Shown piece after piece: positions 42,548 to 53,652 of a stretch of DNA of 64,000 bases (the stretch's first letter is position 1; each line of letters opens with the position of its first letter). Where the stretch lies: NCBI GenBank assembly GCA_041741375.1, contig JBGSKF010000151.1:696-64695 (forward strand), written 5' to 3'. The notes beneath the pieces were generated by a model, which did no database searches, was not told where the DNA came from, and worked only from the letters and a program-made list of their open reading frames with translations. Source of the DNA: Gemmatimonadales bacterium. GTDB taxonomy: Bacteria > Gemmatimonadota > Gemmatimonadetes > Gemmatimonadales > GWC2-71-9. A program made the position numbers and the translations under genes.

Positions 42548-44692
42548 ATGACCGGCGCCCCCTCACCGGTGTTTCACCTCGCGATCGAGGACGGCATCGC
42601 CGTGCTCACCCTCGATCTCCCCGGCTCCCCGGTCAACACCCTGGGCCGGGCCACGGCCGCCGAGTTTGCCGGACACCTGGAGGCGTTGGCCGCCGATCCC
42701 GCCGTCCGCGCGATCGTGCTCCGCTCCGGCAAGGAGGACACCTTCGTGGCCGGGGCGGACATCGAGGAGTTCACCCTGTTGCGCACCGCGGCCGAGGCGG
42801 AGGCCATGAGCCGCGAGGGTCAGGCGATGATCGATCGGGTGGCGGCCTGTCCCAAGCCGGTCGTGGTCGCGATCCACGGCCCCTGCCTCGGCGCCGGTCT
42901 CGAACTCTCGCTCGCCTGTACCTGGCGTCTCGCCACCGATCACCCGAAAACCGTCCTCGGTCTTCCCGAGGTCCAGATCGGCCTTCTGCCGGGGGCCGGT
43001 GGATGCCAGCGACTGCCCCGGCTGATCGGGGTGCGCGCCGCCCTCGACATGATCCTCGCCGGGAAGAGCGAACGCGCCGCCAAGGCATTTCGGATCGGTC
43101 TCGTGGACGAGCTGGTCCACCCGGCCCAGCTTCGTGACCTGGCCCTCCGCGCCGCCGACCGCCTGGCCCGCTCGGGTCCCGTCCGGCGGGGGGGACGAGG
43201 GGGCGTGGTCGGCTGGTTTCTCGACCGGACTCGCGTGGGCCGGTGGATCGTCTACCGGCAGGCGGAACGGCAGGTGCGGCGCAGGACCGGCGGCCACTAC
43301 CCCGCGCCACTCGCGGCGATCACCGCGATCCGAACCGGGATGGAACGGGGCATGCGCGACGGGCTCCGGGTCGAGGCACGGGAGTTCGGACGACTGGCCG
43401 TGTCGGAGGTCTCCCGCGAACTGGTACGGATCTTCTTCGCCACCACGTCACTCAAGAAGGACGACGGGGTCCCCCGGGGCACCGGAACACCCCGCACGGT
43501 CACCCGTCTCGGCGTGGTGGGTGCCGGGTTCATGGGGGCGGGGATCGCCGGGACGGCGGTAACGACGGCGGGCGTGGAGGTCCGCCTCAAGGATGCCGAT
43601 CTCTCCCGGGTGGGGAAGGGGATGCATGCCGCGCTGGAGCAGGTCAACAAGAGAATGGCGCGGCGCCGCATCACCCGTCACGAGCACATGCGACTCACCG
43701 CCCTCATCAGCGGTGCGGCGGACTTTGGCGGCTTCGCCAACATGGACCTGGTGATCGAGGCGGTCTTCGAGGATCTCGAGATCAAACGGGGTGTGGTCGC
43801 CGATCTCGAGGCGGTGCTCGGGACCGGGGCCCTGATCGCCACCAACACGTCCACGATCCCGATCAGTCGAATCGCCGAGGGAGCCCGTCATCCCGAACGG
43901 ATCCTGGGGATGCACTTTTTCTCGCCGGTGGATCGGATGCCTCTGCTGGAGGTGATTCCCGGACCGGACACCGGACCCGATGCGATCGTCACCGCGGTGC
44001 GGTTCGGACGCCGGATGGGGAAGACCGTGATCGTCGTGGCCGACCACCCCGGGTTCTGGGTCAACCGGATCCTGTCGCCCTACCTCAACGAAGCGGGGCA
44101 CCTGCTCGCCGAGGGAGTGCGCATCGAGCAGATGGACCGGGTGATGACCGCGTGGGGGTTCCCGGTCGGGCCGATGACGCTGCTGGACGAGGTGGGATTC
44201 GACGTGGGGCTGAAAGCGGGAGCCGTGATGCACGACGCGTTCGGGGCGCGCCTGGCTCCGTCTCCGATTCTGGAGCGGCTGGTGGCCGACGGGAGAATGG
44301 GGCGGAAGAATGGCCGGGGTCTGTATCGCTATTCCCGGGGGAGGAAGGCCGGGGTGGACGATTCGGCCTATCGGGTGCTGGGTGTCTCTCCGCAGGCGTC
44401 GGCGGACCCGCGGCGGGTGGAGGAGCGCCTGCTCTACCTGATGCTCAACGAAGCGGCCCTCGCCTGCGCCGAGGGAGTGGTCCGGTCCCCCCGCGATGGA
44501 GACATCGGAGCGATCTTCGGCATCGGGTTCCCGCCCTTCCGGGGCGGTCCTCTCCGGCTCATCGACATGCTGGGCGCGGCACGCATCGTGGAGGCACTCG
44601 ACCGTCTCGCCGAGGCGCACGGCCCCCGGTTCACGCCGAGCGATTCGCTCCGGGACATGGCCCGAACCAACACCCGCTTCTACCCGGAGTAG
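42548..44692 (+). CDS. fadJ: fatty acid oxidation complex alpha subunit (enoyl-CoA hydratase/3-hydroxyacyl-CoA dehydrogenase)
   Basis: [37 protein letters not shown] and GFPPFRGGP. Confidence 0.93.
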   Translation: MTGAPSPVFHLAIEDGIAVLTLDLPGSPVNTLGRATAAEFAGHLEALAADPAVRAIVLRSGKEDTFVAGADIEEFTLLRTAAEAEAMSREGQAMIDRVAACPKPVVVAIHGPCLGAGLELSLACTWRLATDHPKTVLGLPEVQIGLLPGAGGCQRLPRLIGVRAALDMILAGKSERAAKAFRIGLVDELVHPAQLRDLALRAADRLARSGPVRRGGRGGVVGWFLDRTRVGRWIVYRQAERQVRRRTGGHYPAPLAAITAIRTGMERGMRDGLRVEAREFGRLAVSEVSRELVRIFFATTSLKKDDGVPRGTGTPRTVTRLGVVGAGFMGAGIAGTAVTTAGVEVRLKDADLSRVGKGMHAALEQVNKRMARRRITRHEHMRLTALISGAADFGGFANMDLVIEAVFEDLEIKRGVVADLEAVLGTGALIATNTSTIPISRIAEGARHPERILGMHFFSPVDRMPLLEVIPGPDTGPDAIVTAVRFGRRMGKTVIVVADHPGFWVNRILSPYLNEAGHLLAEGVRIEQMDRVMTAWGFPVGPMTLLDEVGFDVGLKAGAVMHDAFGARLAPSPILERLVADGRMGRKNGRGLYRYSRGRKAGVDDSAYRVLGVSPQASADPRRVEERLLYLMLNEAALACAEGVVRSPRDGDIGAIFGIGFPPFRGGPLRLIDMLGAARIVEALDRLAEAHGPRFTPSDSLRDMARTNTRFYPE

Positions 44693-47600
44693 GACACCTC
44701 GACCACCGCGGGAGCCGCGGCACGGAGGGAACCGGGAGGTGCCCACCGGTCGAGCAGGCGTCGCAGATCGTCCAGCCGGATCGGTTTGGAGACATAATCG
44801 TCCATGCCCGCCTCCAGGCATTTCTCCCGGTCTCCTGTCATCGCGTTGGCCGTCATGGCGATGATCGGGATGCGGGAGTCTTCTCCCTCCTCCTGCTGCC
44901 GGATCAAGCCGGTCGCCTCATAGCCATCCATCTCCGGCATCTGGCAGTCCATCACCACGAGGTCATAGGGGAATCCCCGCACCATGGAGACGGCCTCGAC
45001 CCCGTTGGCGGCCACGTCGGTATGGCATCCCAGCTTCTGGAACATGCGGACCGCCACCCGCTGGTTGACGATGTTGTCCTCCACCACCAGCACCCGGGCC
45101 CCGGGAGAAACCGGCTCCGCGGGAACCAGGGAAGCGGGGGAGGACGGGATCCCCGATTCGTCGGGAGGGGTTTCCGCCAGGCTGTGACGGGTGATGAGAT
45201 CTCCCGTCCGTCCGGTCCGGCGCCGCAGGCGGATTTCCAGTAGCGCATCGACGAGGGTGGAGGTCCGGATCGGACGGCTGAGGTACGCGGCGAACCCCGC
45301 CGCATGGAACATGGCGGCATCCCCGCGCCGACCACTCTGGGCCAGCACCACGAGAGAGGGGCTCCCGAAACGGGGGTCGGTGCCGATGGTGCGCGCCAGC
45401 CCCCGTGCGTCCAGATCGGGAAGCGAGGCGGAGAGGAAGGCGATCTGGAACGGCGAGGGACTGCGACAGGCCATCGCGAGCCGGTCGAGAGCGGCCGTCC
45501 CAGTGGCCACGGTGTCGACCTGAAGGCCCCACGACTCGAGCTGCTCTGCCAGCACATCGCGATAGATGGCCCGGTGTTCGACGATGAGCACCCGGGTTCC
45601 CGCCAGAGCGTCGGGGGTGCTCACCGGGGGGGCGTCCTGCTGAACGGGCAGGCGGAAGGTGGCCCAGAAGGTCGAGCCCTCGCCCACCACGCTCTCCACT
45701 CCCATGTCCCCCCCCATCAAGTGCGTGAGGTTGCGACTGATGGCGAGGCCGAGGCCGGTGCCACCGAACCGGCGGGTGGTGGAGGAGTCGGCCTGGGTGA
45801 AATGGGTGAACAGGAGAGCCTGCCCTTCCGGGGCAATCCCGATCCCCGTGTCCCGCACGGCCAGCCGGATCAGGGAACCCCGGGAATCGTGCTCCAGCTC
45901 CTCGACATCCACCAGAACATGCCCCGAGGCGGTGAACTTGATCGCATTGGAGAGGAGATTGGTCAGGATCTGGCGGATCCGTCCCGGGTCCCCCACCACG
46001 TACTGTGGGGTGCCCGGGGCGTAGCGCAGGGTGCAGGCGAGCCCCTTTTCATGGGCCTGCACCGCCAGCAGATCGACCACATCCTCGGCGGCCGACCGCA
46101 GATCGAACGGCAGCACCTCGAAGGAGAGCTTCCCCGCCTCCATCTTGGAAAAGTCGAGGATGTCGTTGAGGATGGTGAGCAGACTCTCCGCCGATTGCTT
46201 GATCGTGCCGACATACTCCCGCTGGACCGGCGTCAGACCCGTGTCCATGAGGAGGCCGGCCATGCCGAGAACCCCGTTCATCGGAGTGCGGATTTCGTGG
46301 CTCATGTTGGCCAGGAACTCGCTCTTGCTGCGGGCGGCTCCCTCGGCCCGCTCCCGGGCCTCCGCCGCCTCGGCCGAGGCGCGTTCAAGTTCCTGCGCCG
46401 ATTTTTCCAGGGCGGCCTTCGAGGATTCGAGAGTGTGGAGATGCTTCTGTCGCTCCGTTTCCAGGGCCACATGGGCGGTGACATCCTCCATGTTGCCGAT
46501 GAAGCTCGGCGGGAACCCAGGTCCGGCGAGCGGCCGGGCCCGCACGCGCACCTGCATGACGTCACCGGCGGGAAGGACCAATCGGAAGGTTTCGTCGAAG
46601 TCCCCCTGCTGTCCTGCGGTGAATCGGGACCATGCGTGCAGGACGTCGTTCGCATCGGCGGGATGGACCGCGCGCTGCCAGCCCGACCCGCGCGCCTCGT
46701 CCGCCGAGAGTCCGGTCATCCGGCTCCACTCGGCGTTGGTGTACCGGCAATCGCCGGAGGCGTCCGCGACGAAGATCCCGAGGGGAAGCGCCTCCTGGAT
46801 GGTGAGGAGCCGTTCCTCGCTCCGCTGCACCGCAAGTTCCGCGCGGCGGCGCTCGCCGATCTCCTCGTGCATCGTGTCCAGGGCCACGTTCATGACCGTG
46901 GCGAGACGAGCCAGTTCGTCGGTGCCGGTCACCGGAAGGCGCAGATCCCACTCTCCCCGCGCGATCCGCTGGGCCGTGGGCATCAGATCAAAGAGGGATT
47001 CCCGCAGGCGGCGAGCCAGACGGGCAAAGACCCAGACCAACATCACAAGGAGAGGCCCCACAACCGTCGCGAGGAGGAGGAAGCACCAGCGGACCAGCGT
47101 CATGCTCCGGTCGATGGCGGCTTCCCCTCGCCGTGTCACCAGGTCTTCGAAACGGGTCAACCGGTCGTTGAGCCGCGACTTGAGGAGGGTGAAATCGTCG
47201 TCTGCCACGAGGCTGACGGCACGGTCCCTGTCGGGAGGGCCGGTGCGGGTGAAGGCGCCCGTGCTGTCGGGAAAGAGACCCTGGGCGGCCCGCACTGCTT
47301 CGGTTTCCGTGCGGGCCAACTCGGTGGCGGTGGCCCACGCGTCCACCAGCACCTGGCGCTCCTCGAGAGGGAGTGCATCGACCAGGGCCCGCCGGCCTCC
47401 GAGATCCCGGCCGCTTCCGGAGAGAAAACCCGCGACCACCGTGTCGAATTCAGCGCTCCAGCGCGAATCCTCCGTCCGGATCCAGGCCCGGGTCAACCGG
47501 GTCAGTTCCTCCGATACGTGGAAGAGATGATCCGACACCCGCAGGGCAGCAGCCATCTCACTGCGCGTCTGGACAATGGTATTCCGGTTGGCCGAGAGAA

Positions 47601-47700
47601 TGGCGAGGCCACCCGCGAGGAGCCCGATGACAACAACCATGCCGACGATGCCGGCTCGGATGAGCCACCGGACGGTGGGGCGTGGAGAGAGAGCCTTCAT
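44680..47700 (-). CDS. hybrid sensor histidine kinase/response regulator (TM-HAMP-PAS-HisKA-HATPase-REC-REC)
   Basis: [32 protein letters not shown] and [10 protein letters not shown]. Confidence 0.93.
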   Translation of the reverse strand: MKALSPRPTVRWLIRAGIVGMVVVIGLLAGGLAILSANRNTIVQTRSEMAAALRVSDHLFHVSEELTRLTRAWIRTEDSRWSAEFDTVVAGFLSGSGRDLGGRRALVDALPLEERQVLVDAWATATELARTETEAVRAAQGLFPDSTGAFTRTGPPDRDRAVSLVADDDFTLLKSRLNDRLTRFEDLVTRRGEAAIDRSMTLVRWCFLLLATVVGPLLVMLVWVFARLARRLRESLFDLMPTAQRIARGEWDLRLPVTGTDELARLATVMNVALDTMHEEIGERRRAELAVQRSEERLLTIQEALPLGIFVADASGDCRYTNAEWSRMTGLSADEARGSGWQRAVHPADANDVLHAWSRFTAGQQGDFDETFRLVLPAGDVMQVRVRARPLAGPGFPPSFIGNMEDVTAHVALETERQKHLHTLESSKAALEKSAQELERASAEAAEARERAEGAARSKSEFLANMSHEIRTPMNGVLGMAGLLMDTGLTPVQREYVGTIKQSAESLLTILNDILDFSKMEAGKLSFEVLPFDLRSAAEDVVDLLAVQAHEKGLACTLRYAPGTPQYVVGDPGRIRQILTNLLSNAIKFTASGHVLVDVEELEHDSRGSLIRLAVRDTGIGIAPEGQALLFTHFTQADSSTTRRFGGTGLGLAISRNLTHLMGGDMGVESVVGEGSTFWATFRLPVQQDAPPVSTPDALAGTRVLIVEHRAIYRDVLAEQLESWGLQVDTVATGTAALDRLAMACRSPSPFQIAFLSASLPDLDARGLARTIGTDPRFGSPSLVVLAQSGRRGDAAMFHAAGFAAYLSRPIRTSTLVDALLEIRLRRRTGRTGDLITRHSLAETPPDESGIPSSPASLVPAEPVSPGARVLVVEDNIVNQRVAVRMFQKLGCHTDVAANGVEAVSMVRGFPYDLVVMDCQMPEMDGYEATGLIRQQEEGEDSRIPIIAMTANAMTGDREKCLEAGMDDYVSKPIRLDDLRRLLDRWAPPGSLRAAAPAVVEVSYSG

Positions 47701-47782
47701 CGACAACCTCGGTGCCTGGCCCTCCCGGGGGAGGGCGGAATGGGTGATACCGTCAGTGTCGGCTGGTCTCCGGGGATCTTGA

Positions 47783-47814
47783 GAAGTTTGAAGTTCGAAG
47801 TTTGAAGTTCGAAG
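47783..47814. repeat. heptamer array (GAAGTTY)x4.5
   Basis: gaagttt gaagttc gaagttt gaagttc gaag; same family at 39027-39043 (minus strand) and 60139-60157. Confidence 0.9.
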
Positions 47815-47933
47815 GGAACTGGTGTCTGCCTGGGGTCATCTGCTTGGACAGGTTTTGTTCTCTTGCGCTTGTGAAATATTTCACAATGTGTCGGGCTGCT
47901 CTTCGGGGCCAGTCGCGCGGAGCGCGCCGAGCC

Positions 47934-48180
47934 GTCATCGCGAGGACCCCGCAGGGGTCCGTGGCGATCTCGTGAGCGACCGCTCGCTGTGTTTCGGGAT
48001 GGCTGGCCTTCCGACCGGATCCCCGTCCTGTCGAGCGTCGGCATGAAGGCCTGTCTGCCGTGGTGCCGAGCGGGCACGGGCTCACGAGATTGCGCCGTCG
48101 GCCCTGTTGCGAGGGCCTGCAGGGCCCGTGGCAATCTCCTGCGCCTTCTACAATGCCGGCATCCAGTCACAGACTGCCAC
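47934..48180. repeat. cluster of RPE-like palindromes (GTCATCGCGAG..GTGGCGATCTC family)
   Basis: gcgaggacccc-gcag-gggtccgtggcgatctc; ttgcgagggcctgcagggcccgtggcaatctc; inverted GATCTCGTGAGC/GCTCACGAGAT. Confidence 0.65.
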
Positions 48181-48213
48181 CTCCACCTGGAGCTCGGGCG
48201 ACGCATGCGTCGC

Positions 48214-48254
48214 CCCTACTCCCTACTCCCTACTCCCTACTCCCTACTCCCTAC
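48214..48254 (-). repeat. heptamer array (CCCTACT)x6, supplies the rho stop codon
   Basis: Five perfect copies plus one partial; minus-strand TAG at 48251-48253. Confidence 0.95.
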
Positions 48255-49492
48255 CTGAGTCCCCGCGCCACCTCTTCCAGCAGGGCCGGTGTCGACTGCA
48301 TCACCGGCACGTGCGCAAGATCCTTGCGTAAGGTCGCCGCACGCTCCAACTCTTCGGGGGTGAGGAGGAGTTCCTCGCGCCGAGTCCCGCTGGCCGCCAG
48401 GTCGATCGCGGGGTAGATCCGGCGCTCCGCGAGCCCGCGATTGAGCACCACCTCGCTGTTGCCTGTCCCCTTGAACTCCTCGAAGATGACCTGGTCGAGC
48501 CGGGAACCGGTGTCGATCAGGGCGGTGGCGATGATCGTCAGCGAGCCGCCGCCGGTCTGCGGGTCCACTGCCCGGGCGCTTCCGAAGAACCGCTTCGGCG
48601 CCTCCATGGCCTCGGCGTCGAGACCGCCCGACAGGGTCCGGCCCGATCCCCGTTCCGTGGTGTTGTAGGCCCGGGCCAGCCGGGTGAGGGAGTCGAGCAC
48701 CAGCACCACGTTCCCCCCGCATTCGACCTCGCGCCGTGCCCGCTCCAAGGTCATTTCCGCCAGCAACGTGTGCTGCTCGGGGGGGGAATCGAAGCTCGAC
48801 GCGACGACCTCGCCCACGCCGACCGTCTCCATGTCGGTGACTTCCTCCGGGCGTTCGTCCACCAGGAGGATGAACAAACGGGTATCGGGATAGTTGGCCG
48901 CCACGCCGGAGGCGATCGACTGGAGGATGGTGGTCTTTCCCGCCTTGGCCGGCGCCACGATGAGGGTGCGCTGGCCCCAGCCCACCGGCGCAAAGAGATC
49001 GATGGCGCGATTGATCATCCGGAAGGGCTTGGGGAGCGACTCATGGTCCAGACGCATCCGTTCCCGCGGGGCCACGGCGCGAAGCTTGGTGAAGTCGGGG
49101 CGCCTCTCGATGGAGGAGGGGTCCCGCCCGTTCACGGTCAGCACCTCGGTCACGACCGTCCCCTGTCTCCCGCTCCCCCCCCCCCCATTGCCGCCACCGT
49201 TGGGACGACCCCGACCCTGTCTCCCCCGCCCGCGGTTCCTCCGTCCCCGACCCGCCCGGCCGTTGCCGTCCGCACCACCCGGTTCGGATGGGGAAGGCGG
49301 CCCCCCGATCCTCCCGGTCACTTCGTCGCCGGCCCGGAGTCCGAGGCGCCGAATCAAGGCACCCGGAATGACCGGGTCGGAGGGAGTCGGGAGATACCCC
49401 GCTTCCCGGGTCCGCAACACACCATCGCCACTATTTCCCCGCGACCCGAACGCCAGCCATCCCTGGACCGCATTGCCTTCTTGAGTGGTCAC
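48251..49492 (-). CDS. rho: transcription termination factor Rho, atypical (no N-terminal helical bundle, Gly/Arg-rich insert)
   Basis: [26 protein letters not shown]-loop [16 protein letters not shown] and SGTRREELL; GTG start after AAAGGA. Confidence 0.9.
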   Translation of the reverse strand: MTTQEGNAVQGWLAFGSRGNSGDGVLRTREAGYLPTPSDPVIPGALIRRLGLRAGDEVTGRIGGPPSPSEPGGADGNGRAGRGRRNRGRGRQGRGRPNGGGNGGGGSGRQGTVVTEVLTVNGRDPSSIERRPDFTKLRAVAPRERMRLDHESLPKPFRMINRAIDLFAPVGWGQRTLIVAPAKAGKTTILQSIASGVAANYPDTRLFILLVDERPEEVTDMETVGVGEVVASSFDSPPEQHTLLAEMTLERARREVECGGNVVLVLDSLTRLARAYNTTERGSGRTLSGGLDAEAMEAPKRFFGSARAVDPQTGGGSLTIIATALIDTGSRLDQVIFEEFKGTGNSEVVLNRGLAERRIYPAIDLAASGTRREELLLTPEELERAATLRKDLAHVPVMQSTPALLEEVARGLR

Positions 49493-49574
49493 CGACAGAC
49501 TTCCTTTCTCCGTTGTTTCACGATGGGGCGCGCAGTGCGCCCGGTTCCCATCCCGTACCGTGGAGGATGTTTTG

Positions 49575-51140
49575 ATGCGCTCTCTGGTTCCGCTCTGTGC
49601 CCTCGTGGTCGGCCTCTTACCCGTCCCCGCCGTGGCCCAGACTCTCCCGGTCGAGAGTCCGGTCCTGCGCCGGATCTGGGAGGTGGGAATGCAATCCTCC
49701 CAGGTCGACCCCCTGATCCAGACCCTCACCGATTCGATCGGTCCCCGGCTCACCGGCACGCCGGGGATGGAACGCGGCCAGGCCTGGCTCCAGGCCATGT
49801 ACCGCCAGTGGGGCATCCCCGCCCGGGCCGAGCAGTATGGCACCTGGCTGGGCTGGCGGCGCGGCACGACCCATGTGGACCTGATCGCTCCCCGGGTCCG
49901 CTCCCTGGAGGGCATGATGCTCGCCTGGAGCGCCGGCACCGGGGGCCGTCCGGTTCAGGGGGCGGTGGTGCTCCTCCCTGATCTTCCCGACTCGGCGGCC
50001 TACGCCGCGTGGCTCCCGACGGTTCGCGGCAAGTTCGTGGCCCTCAGTGCTCCCGAGCCCACCTGCCGCCCCGAGGGAAATCTCCGGGAGTTCGGGCGAC
50101 CGGAAACGGTGACGGCTCTCCTCGACCAGCGGACCCGCATCCGGAACGACTGGACCGGCCGCGCCACCCGCACCGGATTCAACGCACGCACCCTCCCGGT
50201 TCACCTGGAAACCGCCGGCGCGGCGGGGGTGATCACGTCGCTCTGGTCCGGAGGATGGGGTACCACGCGCATCTTCCAGGCCCGGACCACCCGGGTTCCC
50301 ACCGTGGAGCTCAGTTGTGAGGACTACGGCCTGGTGACGCGACTCGCCGAGCGGGGCCAGTCCCCCACGATCCGGGTCACCGCCGATGCCGAGTTTCTGG
50401 GGGACGTCCCCGTCTACAACGTCATCGGGGAGATCCGCGGTTCCGAGCGTCCCGACGAGTATGTCATGCTCTCGGCCCACTTCGATTCGTGGGATGGCTC
50501 CAGTGGCGCCACGGACAACGGAACCGGCACGGTGACGATGCTCGAAGCGATGCGGATCCTCCGAGAGGTCTACCCAGCGCCCCGACGGACCATTCTGGTC
50601 GGGCACTGGAGTGGAGAAGAGCAGGGGCTCAACGGCTCACGAGCCTTCGCCGAGGACCACCCCGAGGTGGTGCGCGGACTCCAGGCGCTCTTCAATCAGG
50701 ACAACGGGACCGGACGGGTCGTCAACATGTCTGCGTCCGGTTTTGCCGGCGCCGCGCCCCGGATCGCCGGGTGGGTCAGCCGACTGCCCACAGAACTCTC
50801 GCAGCAGATCAATCTGTCCCTGCCCGGCGGGCCTGCGGGAGGGGGATCGGACCACGCGGCGTTCGTCTGCCACGGTGCCCCTGGGTTTTCGCTCGGTGCG
50901 CTGGGCTGGGACTATGGAACTTACACCTGGCACACCAATCGCGACACCTACGACAAGGTGATCCTGGATGAATTGAAATCGAATGCCACTCTGACCGCAA
51001 TGCTTGTCTACATGGCGAGCGAGGAGCCGGGGGAGACCTCCCGGGTCCAGCGCGTGGTGCCACCCACCCGTTCGGGGGCCCCCGGGACATGGCCCGCCTG
51101 CCAGAAGCCGGCGCGGTCCTTCGCCGAATCCACCCGCTGA
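49575..51140 (+). CDS. M28 family metallopeptidase (carboxypeptidase Q-like)
   Basis: Signal peptide; DSIGPRLTG, SAHFDSW, GATDNGTG, GEEQGL, GSDH and WHT..DT.DK. Confidence 0.9.
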   Translation: MRSLVPLCALVVGLLPVPAVAQTLPVESPVLRRIWEVGMQSSQVDPLIQTLTDSIGPRLTGTPGMERGQAWLQAMYRQWGIPARAEQYGTWLGWRRGTTHVDLIAPRVRSLEGMMLAWSAGTGGRPVQGAVVLLPDLPDSAAYAAWLPTVRGKFVALSAPEPTCRPEGNLREFGRPETVTALLDQRTRIRNDWTGRATRTGFNARTLPVHLETAGAAGVITSLWSGGWGTTRIFQARTTRVPTVELSCEDYGLVTRLAERGQSPTIRVTADAEFLGDVPVYNVIGEIRGSERPDEYVMLSAHFDSWDGSSGATDNGTGTVTMLEAMRILREVYPAPRRTILVGHWSGEEQGLNGSRAFAEDHPEVVRGLQALFNQDNGTGRVVNMSASGFAGAAPRIAGWVSRLPTELSQQINLSLPGGPAGGGSDHAAFVCHGAPGFSLGALGWDYGTYTWHTNRDTYDKVILDELKSNATLTAMLVYMASEEPGETSRVQRVVPPTRSGAPGTWPACQKPARSFAESTR

Positions 51141-51145
51141 TGGGA

Positions 51146-51190
51146 GGAGCAGGGAGCAGGGAGGAGGGAGTAGGGAATAGGGAGTAGGGG
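51146..51190 (+). repeat. heptamer array (GGAGNAG)x6 after the M28 stop
   Basis: ggagcag ggagcag ggaggag ggagtag ggaatag ggagtag. Confidence 0.9.
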
Positions 51191-51314
51191 GTCGTCTCCC
51201 TCATGTCCATTCCCTTGATGTAGTTCTGCGGTTCCCGGAGCGTGGGCGAGCGGGGCATCCCAGTGGGGTGCCCCGCTTCATGCAACTAAACCGACGATCC
51301 GGCAGTCAAACCAC

Positions 51315-51444
51315 TGTCCGATTGTGGGACGGGGAATCCCGGATGCGGACAAGCCGTCCGGGTGACCCGAGGCACACTGTTCATCCCAACCTGTTCATTG
51401 ACAACAGTTTGCGACGGCGTGAATGGTGCGGCACGCAACTTCCT
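51315..51444 (+). promoter_or_regulatory. putative sigma54 promoter with upstream activator sites
   Basis: Dyads TGTCCG..GGGACG and TCCCG..CGGACA (51315-51351), AT-rich spacer, then CGGCACG-CAAC-TTCC (-24 match, -12 variant); NtrC-type regulator in the same locus. Confidence 0.45.
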
Positions 51445-51491
51445 CTATGGGTCCGGTGGCACGGAGAGTCTGAACCATCGAGGAGTGAGCC

Positions 51492-52739
51492 TTGGACATA
51501 CAGCGCGACCCGCCGAAAAAGACCAAACGCTGGGTCTATCTGGGTGCCGTCCTCGGGGTGGTGGTGATCGGGACGGTGGCACTCGCCCGCCTGGAACCGG
51601 CCGCGCCCTCCGTCGACCGTGGCATCCTCTTCGTCGATTCCGTCATGCGGGGGGAGATGGTGCGCGAGGTGCGCGGCCCCGGCACTCTCGTCCCCGAAAA
51701 TCTCCGCTTCATCTCGGCGGTCACCGCCGGACGGGTGGAACGGATCCAGCTCCTCCCGGGCGCGGAGGTGGAGGAGAACACCGTGCTGATGGAACTCAGC
51801 AATCCGGATGTCCAGATCCAGGCCCTCAATGCGGAGCGCCAGCTCACCGACGCCCAGGCGGCGGTGGTGACGCTCCGAACCAATCTGGAGAATGGGCGAC
51901 TCAGCCAGGCCTCCCTGGTGGCGGACCTGAAGCAGCAGGCGGCCGATGCGAAGCGCCGGGCGGAGGCGGGGGCGGAGTTGTTGAAGAAGGGTTTGATCAT
52001 TCCCCTGGACCAGATGCAGGCCCAGGACAAGGCGGAGGCACTGGAGAGTCGGCTGCGCATCGAGAAGGAGCGACTGGAACTCCTCTCCTCCACGATCGAC
52101 AGCCAGCTGAGTGTGCAGCAGGAACAGGTGGAGCGACTCAAGGCGATCACGCGCTTCCAGCAGCAGCAGGTGGTGTCGATGGTGGTGCGGGCAGGGGCCT
52201 CGGGCGTGCTGCAGGAGGTCCCCTTGCAAGTGGGACAGTGGGCCAACCCAGGGGCGGTCCTGGCGCGGATCGTCCCGGTGCCCCAGCGGCTCAAGGCGGT
52301 GCTGCGCATTCCCGAAGTCCAGGCCAAGGACATCCAGATCGGCCAGAGCGCCACCATCGACACCCGGAACGGAATGGCGCCGGGCCATGTGACCCGGGTG
52401 GACCCCTCGGTGATCAATGGAACGGTCACGGTCGACGTGGCGCTCGACGGGGAACCCCCGAGCGGCGCCCGTCCCGATCTGAGCGTCGACGGCGTCATCG
52501 AAATCGAGCGCCTGAGCGATGTGTTGTACACCGGACGTCCCGCGTACGGACAGGCCAACGCCACCGTGGGGATCTTCCGCATCGAACCCGATGGATCCCA
52601 CGCCGTGCGCGTCCCCGTGCAGCTCGGCCGGACCTCGGTCAATCATGTCGAGATCCAGAGCGGATTGTCCGTGGGCGACAAGGTGATCCTCTCCGACATG
52701 TCCCGGTGGGATGCCGTGGACCGGGTCCGCCTCAAGTAG
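51492..52739 (+). CDS. efflux periplasmic adaptor subunit (HlyD/MacA family)
   Basis: AGGAG RBS with TTG start; N-terminal TM, 'VRGPGTLVP', coiled coil and 'RPDLSVDGVIE'. Confidence 0.9.
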   Translation: MDIQRDPPKKTKRWVYLGAVLGVVVIGTVALARLEPAAPSVDRGILFVDSVMRGEMVREVRGPGTLVPENLRFISAVTAGRVERIQLLPGAEVEENTVLMELSNPDVQIQALNAERQLTDAQAAVVTLRTNLENGRLSQASLVADLKQQAADAKRRAEAGAELLKKGLIIPLDQMQAQDKAEALESRLRIEKERLELLSSTIDSQLSVQQEQVERLKAITRFQQQQVVSMVVRAGASGVLQEVPLQVGQWANPGAVLARIVPVPQRLKAVLRIPEVQAKDIQIGQSATIDTRNGMAPGHVTRVDPSVINGTVTVDVALDGEPPSGARPDLSVDGVIEIERLSDVLYTGRPAYGQANATVGIFRIEPDGSHAVRVPVQLGRTSVNHVEIQSGLSVGDKVILSDMSRWDAVDRVRLK

Positions 52740-52774
52740 TTCCCTACTCCCTATCGCCTACTCCCTATCGCCTA
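52740..52774 (+). repeat. heptamer array (YTCCCTA/TCGCCTA)x5 before the ABC ATPase RBS
   Basis: ttcccta ctcccta tcgccta ctcccta tcgccta. Confidence 0.9.
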
Positions 52775-52788
52775 CCTTGGAGCTCCCC

Positions 52789-53499
52789 ATGACCACCCCG
52801 GACACCCTGATCCGACTCGAGAGCATGAAGAAGGTGTTCTACACCGACGAACTGGAAACGCATGCCCTCGCGGACATCCATTTGGAAATCCGCAAGGGGG
52901 AGTACATCGCGATCAGCGGGCCCTCGGGGTGCGGCAAGACCACCCTGCTCTCCATTCTCGGCCTGCTCGACACCCCGACCAGCGGGACGTACATGCTTGC
53001 GGGCCAGCCGGTGTCGAGTCTCACGCCGAGCGAGCGGGCCCGGGTCCGGAACCGGCAGATCGGGTTCATCTTTCAGGCGTTCAACCTGATCGGTGATCTC
53101 ACCGTGTATGAAAACGTGGAGCTGCCGCTCACCTACCGCGGAATGCCCTCGGCGGAACGCGCCCAGCGGGTGCAGAGCGCGCTGGAGAGGGTGGGAATGG
53201 CCCACCGGATGAAGCACTATCCCTCCCAGTTGAGCGGCGGCCAGCAGCAACGCGTGGCCGTGGCCCGGGCCGTGGCGGGGGATCCGGCCATCCTCCTCGC
53301 CGACGAGCCGACCGGAAACCTCGACTCCCAGAACGGCGAGGCGGTCATGGAGCTGCTGCGCGAACTGCACCGCGGCGGAGCCACTATCTGCATGGTGACC
53401 CACGATCCCCGCTATGCCCGCCACGCCGACCGTGAGGTCCACCTCTTCGACGGCAAGGTGGTGGAGGAGGATCACCTGGTGGAGGTTCTCGCGCACTGA
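52789..53499 (+). CDS. ABC transporter ATP-binding protein (MacB/LolD-like)
   Basis: GPSGCGKT, LSGGQQQR, ADEPTGNLD and VTHD. Confidence 0.95.
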   Translation: MTTPDTLIRLESMKKVFYTDELETHALADIHLEIRKGEYIAISGPSGCGKTTLLSILGLLDTPTSGTYMLAGQPVSSLTPSERARVRNRQIGFIFQAFNLIGDLTVYENVELPLTYRGMPSAERAQRVQSALERVGMAHRMKHYPSQLSGGQQQRVAVARAVAGDPAILLADEPTGNLDSQNGEAVMELLRELHRGGATICMVTHDPRYARHADREVHLFDGKVVEEDHLVEVLAH

Positions 53500-53519
53500 A
53501 CGCCCCCGGGAGGTCAATC

Positions 53520-53597
53520 GTCATCCCCGCGCACGCGGGGATCCATTTCCATGAGGGCGTGGGGAGGAGAATGGATTCCCGCTTACGCGGGAATGAC
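53520..53597. repeat. paired REP/dRS3-like palindromes
   Basis: GTCATCCCCGCGCACGCGGGGATCCA ... TGGATTCCCGCTTACGCGGGAATGAC. Confidence 0.88.
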
Positions 53598-53652
53598 GGA
53601 CGTTGCTGATCTCGTCAAGTGATCAGAGTTTCCCTGAAACGCGGAGGACACC

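Noticed and set aside
47697-48416. Small ORFs between the hybrid kinase and rho
   Set aside because: They translate palindromic and heptamer repeats (PYSLLPT runs) and show no protein-like signal.
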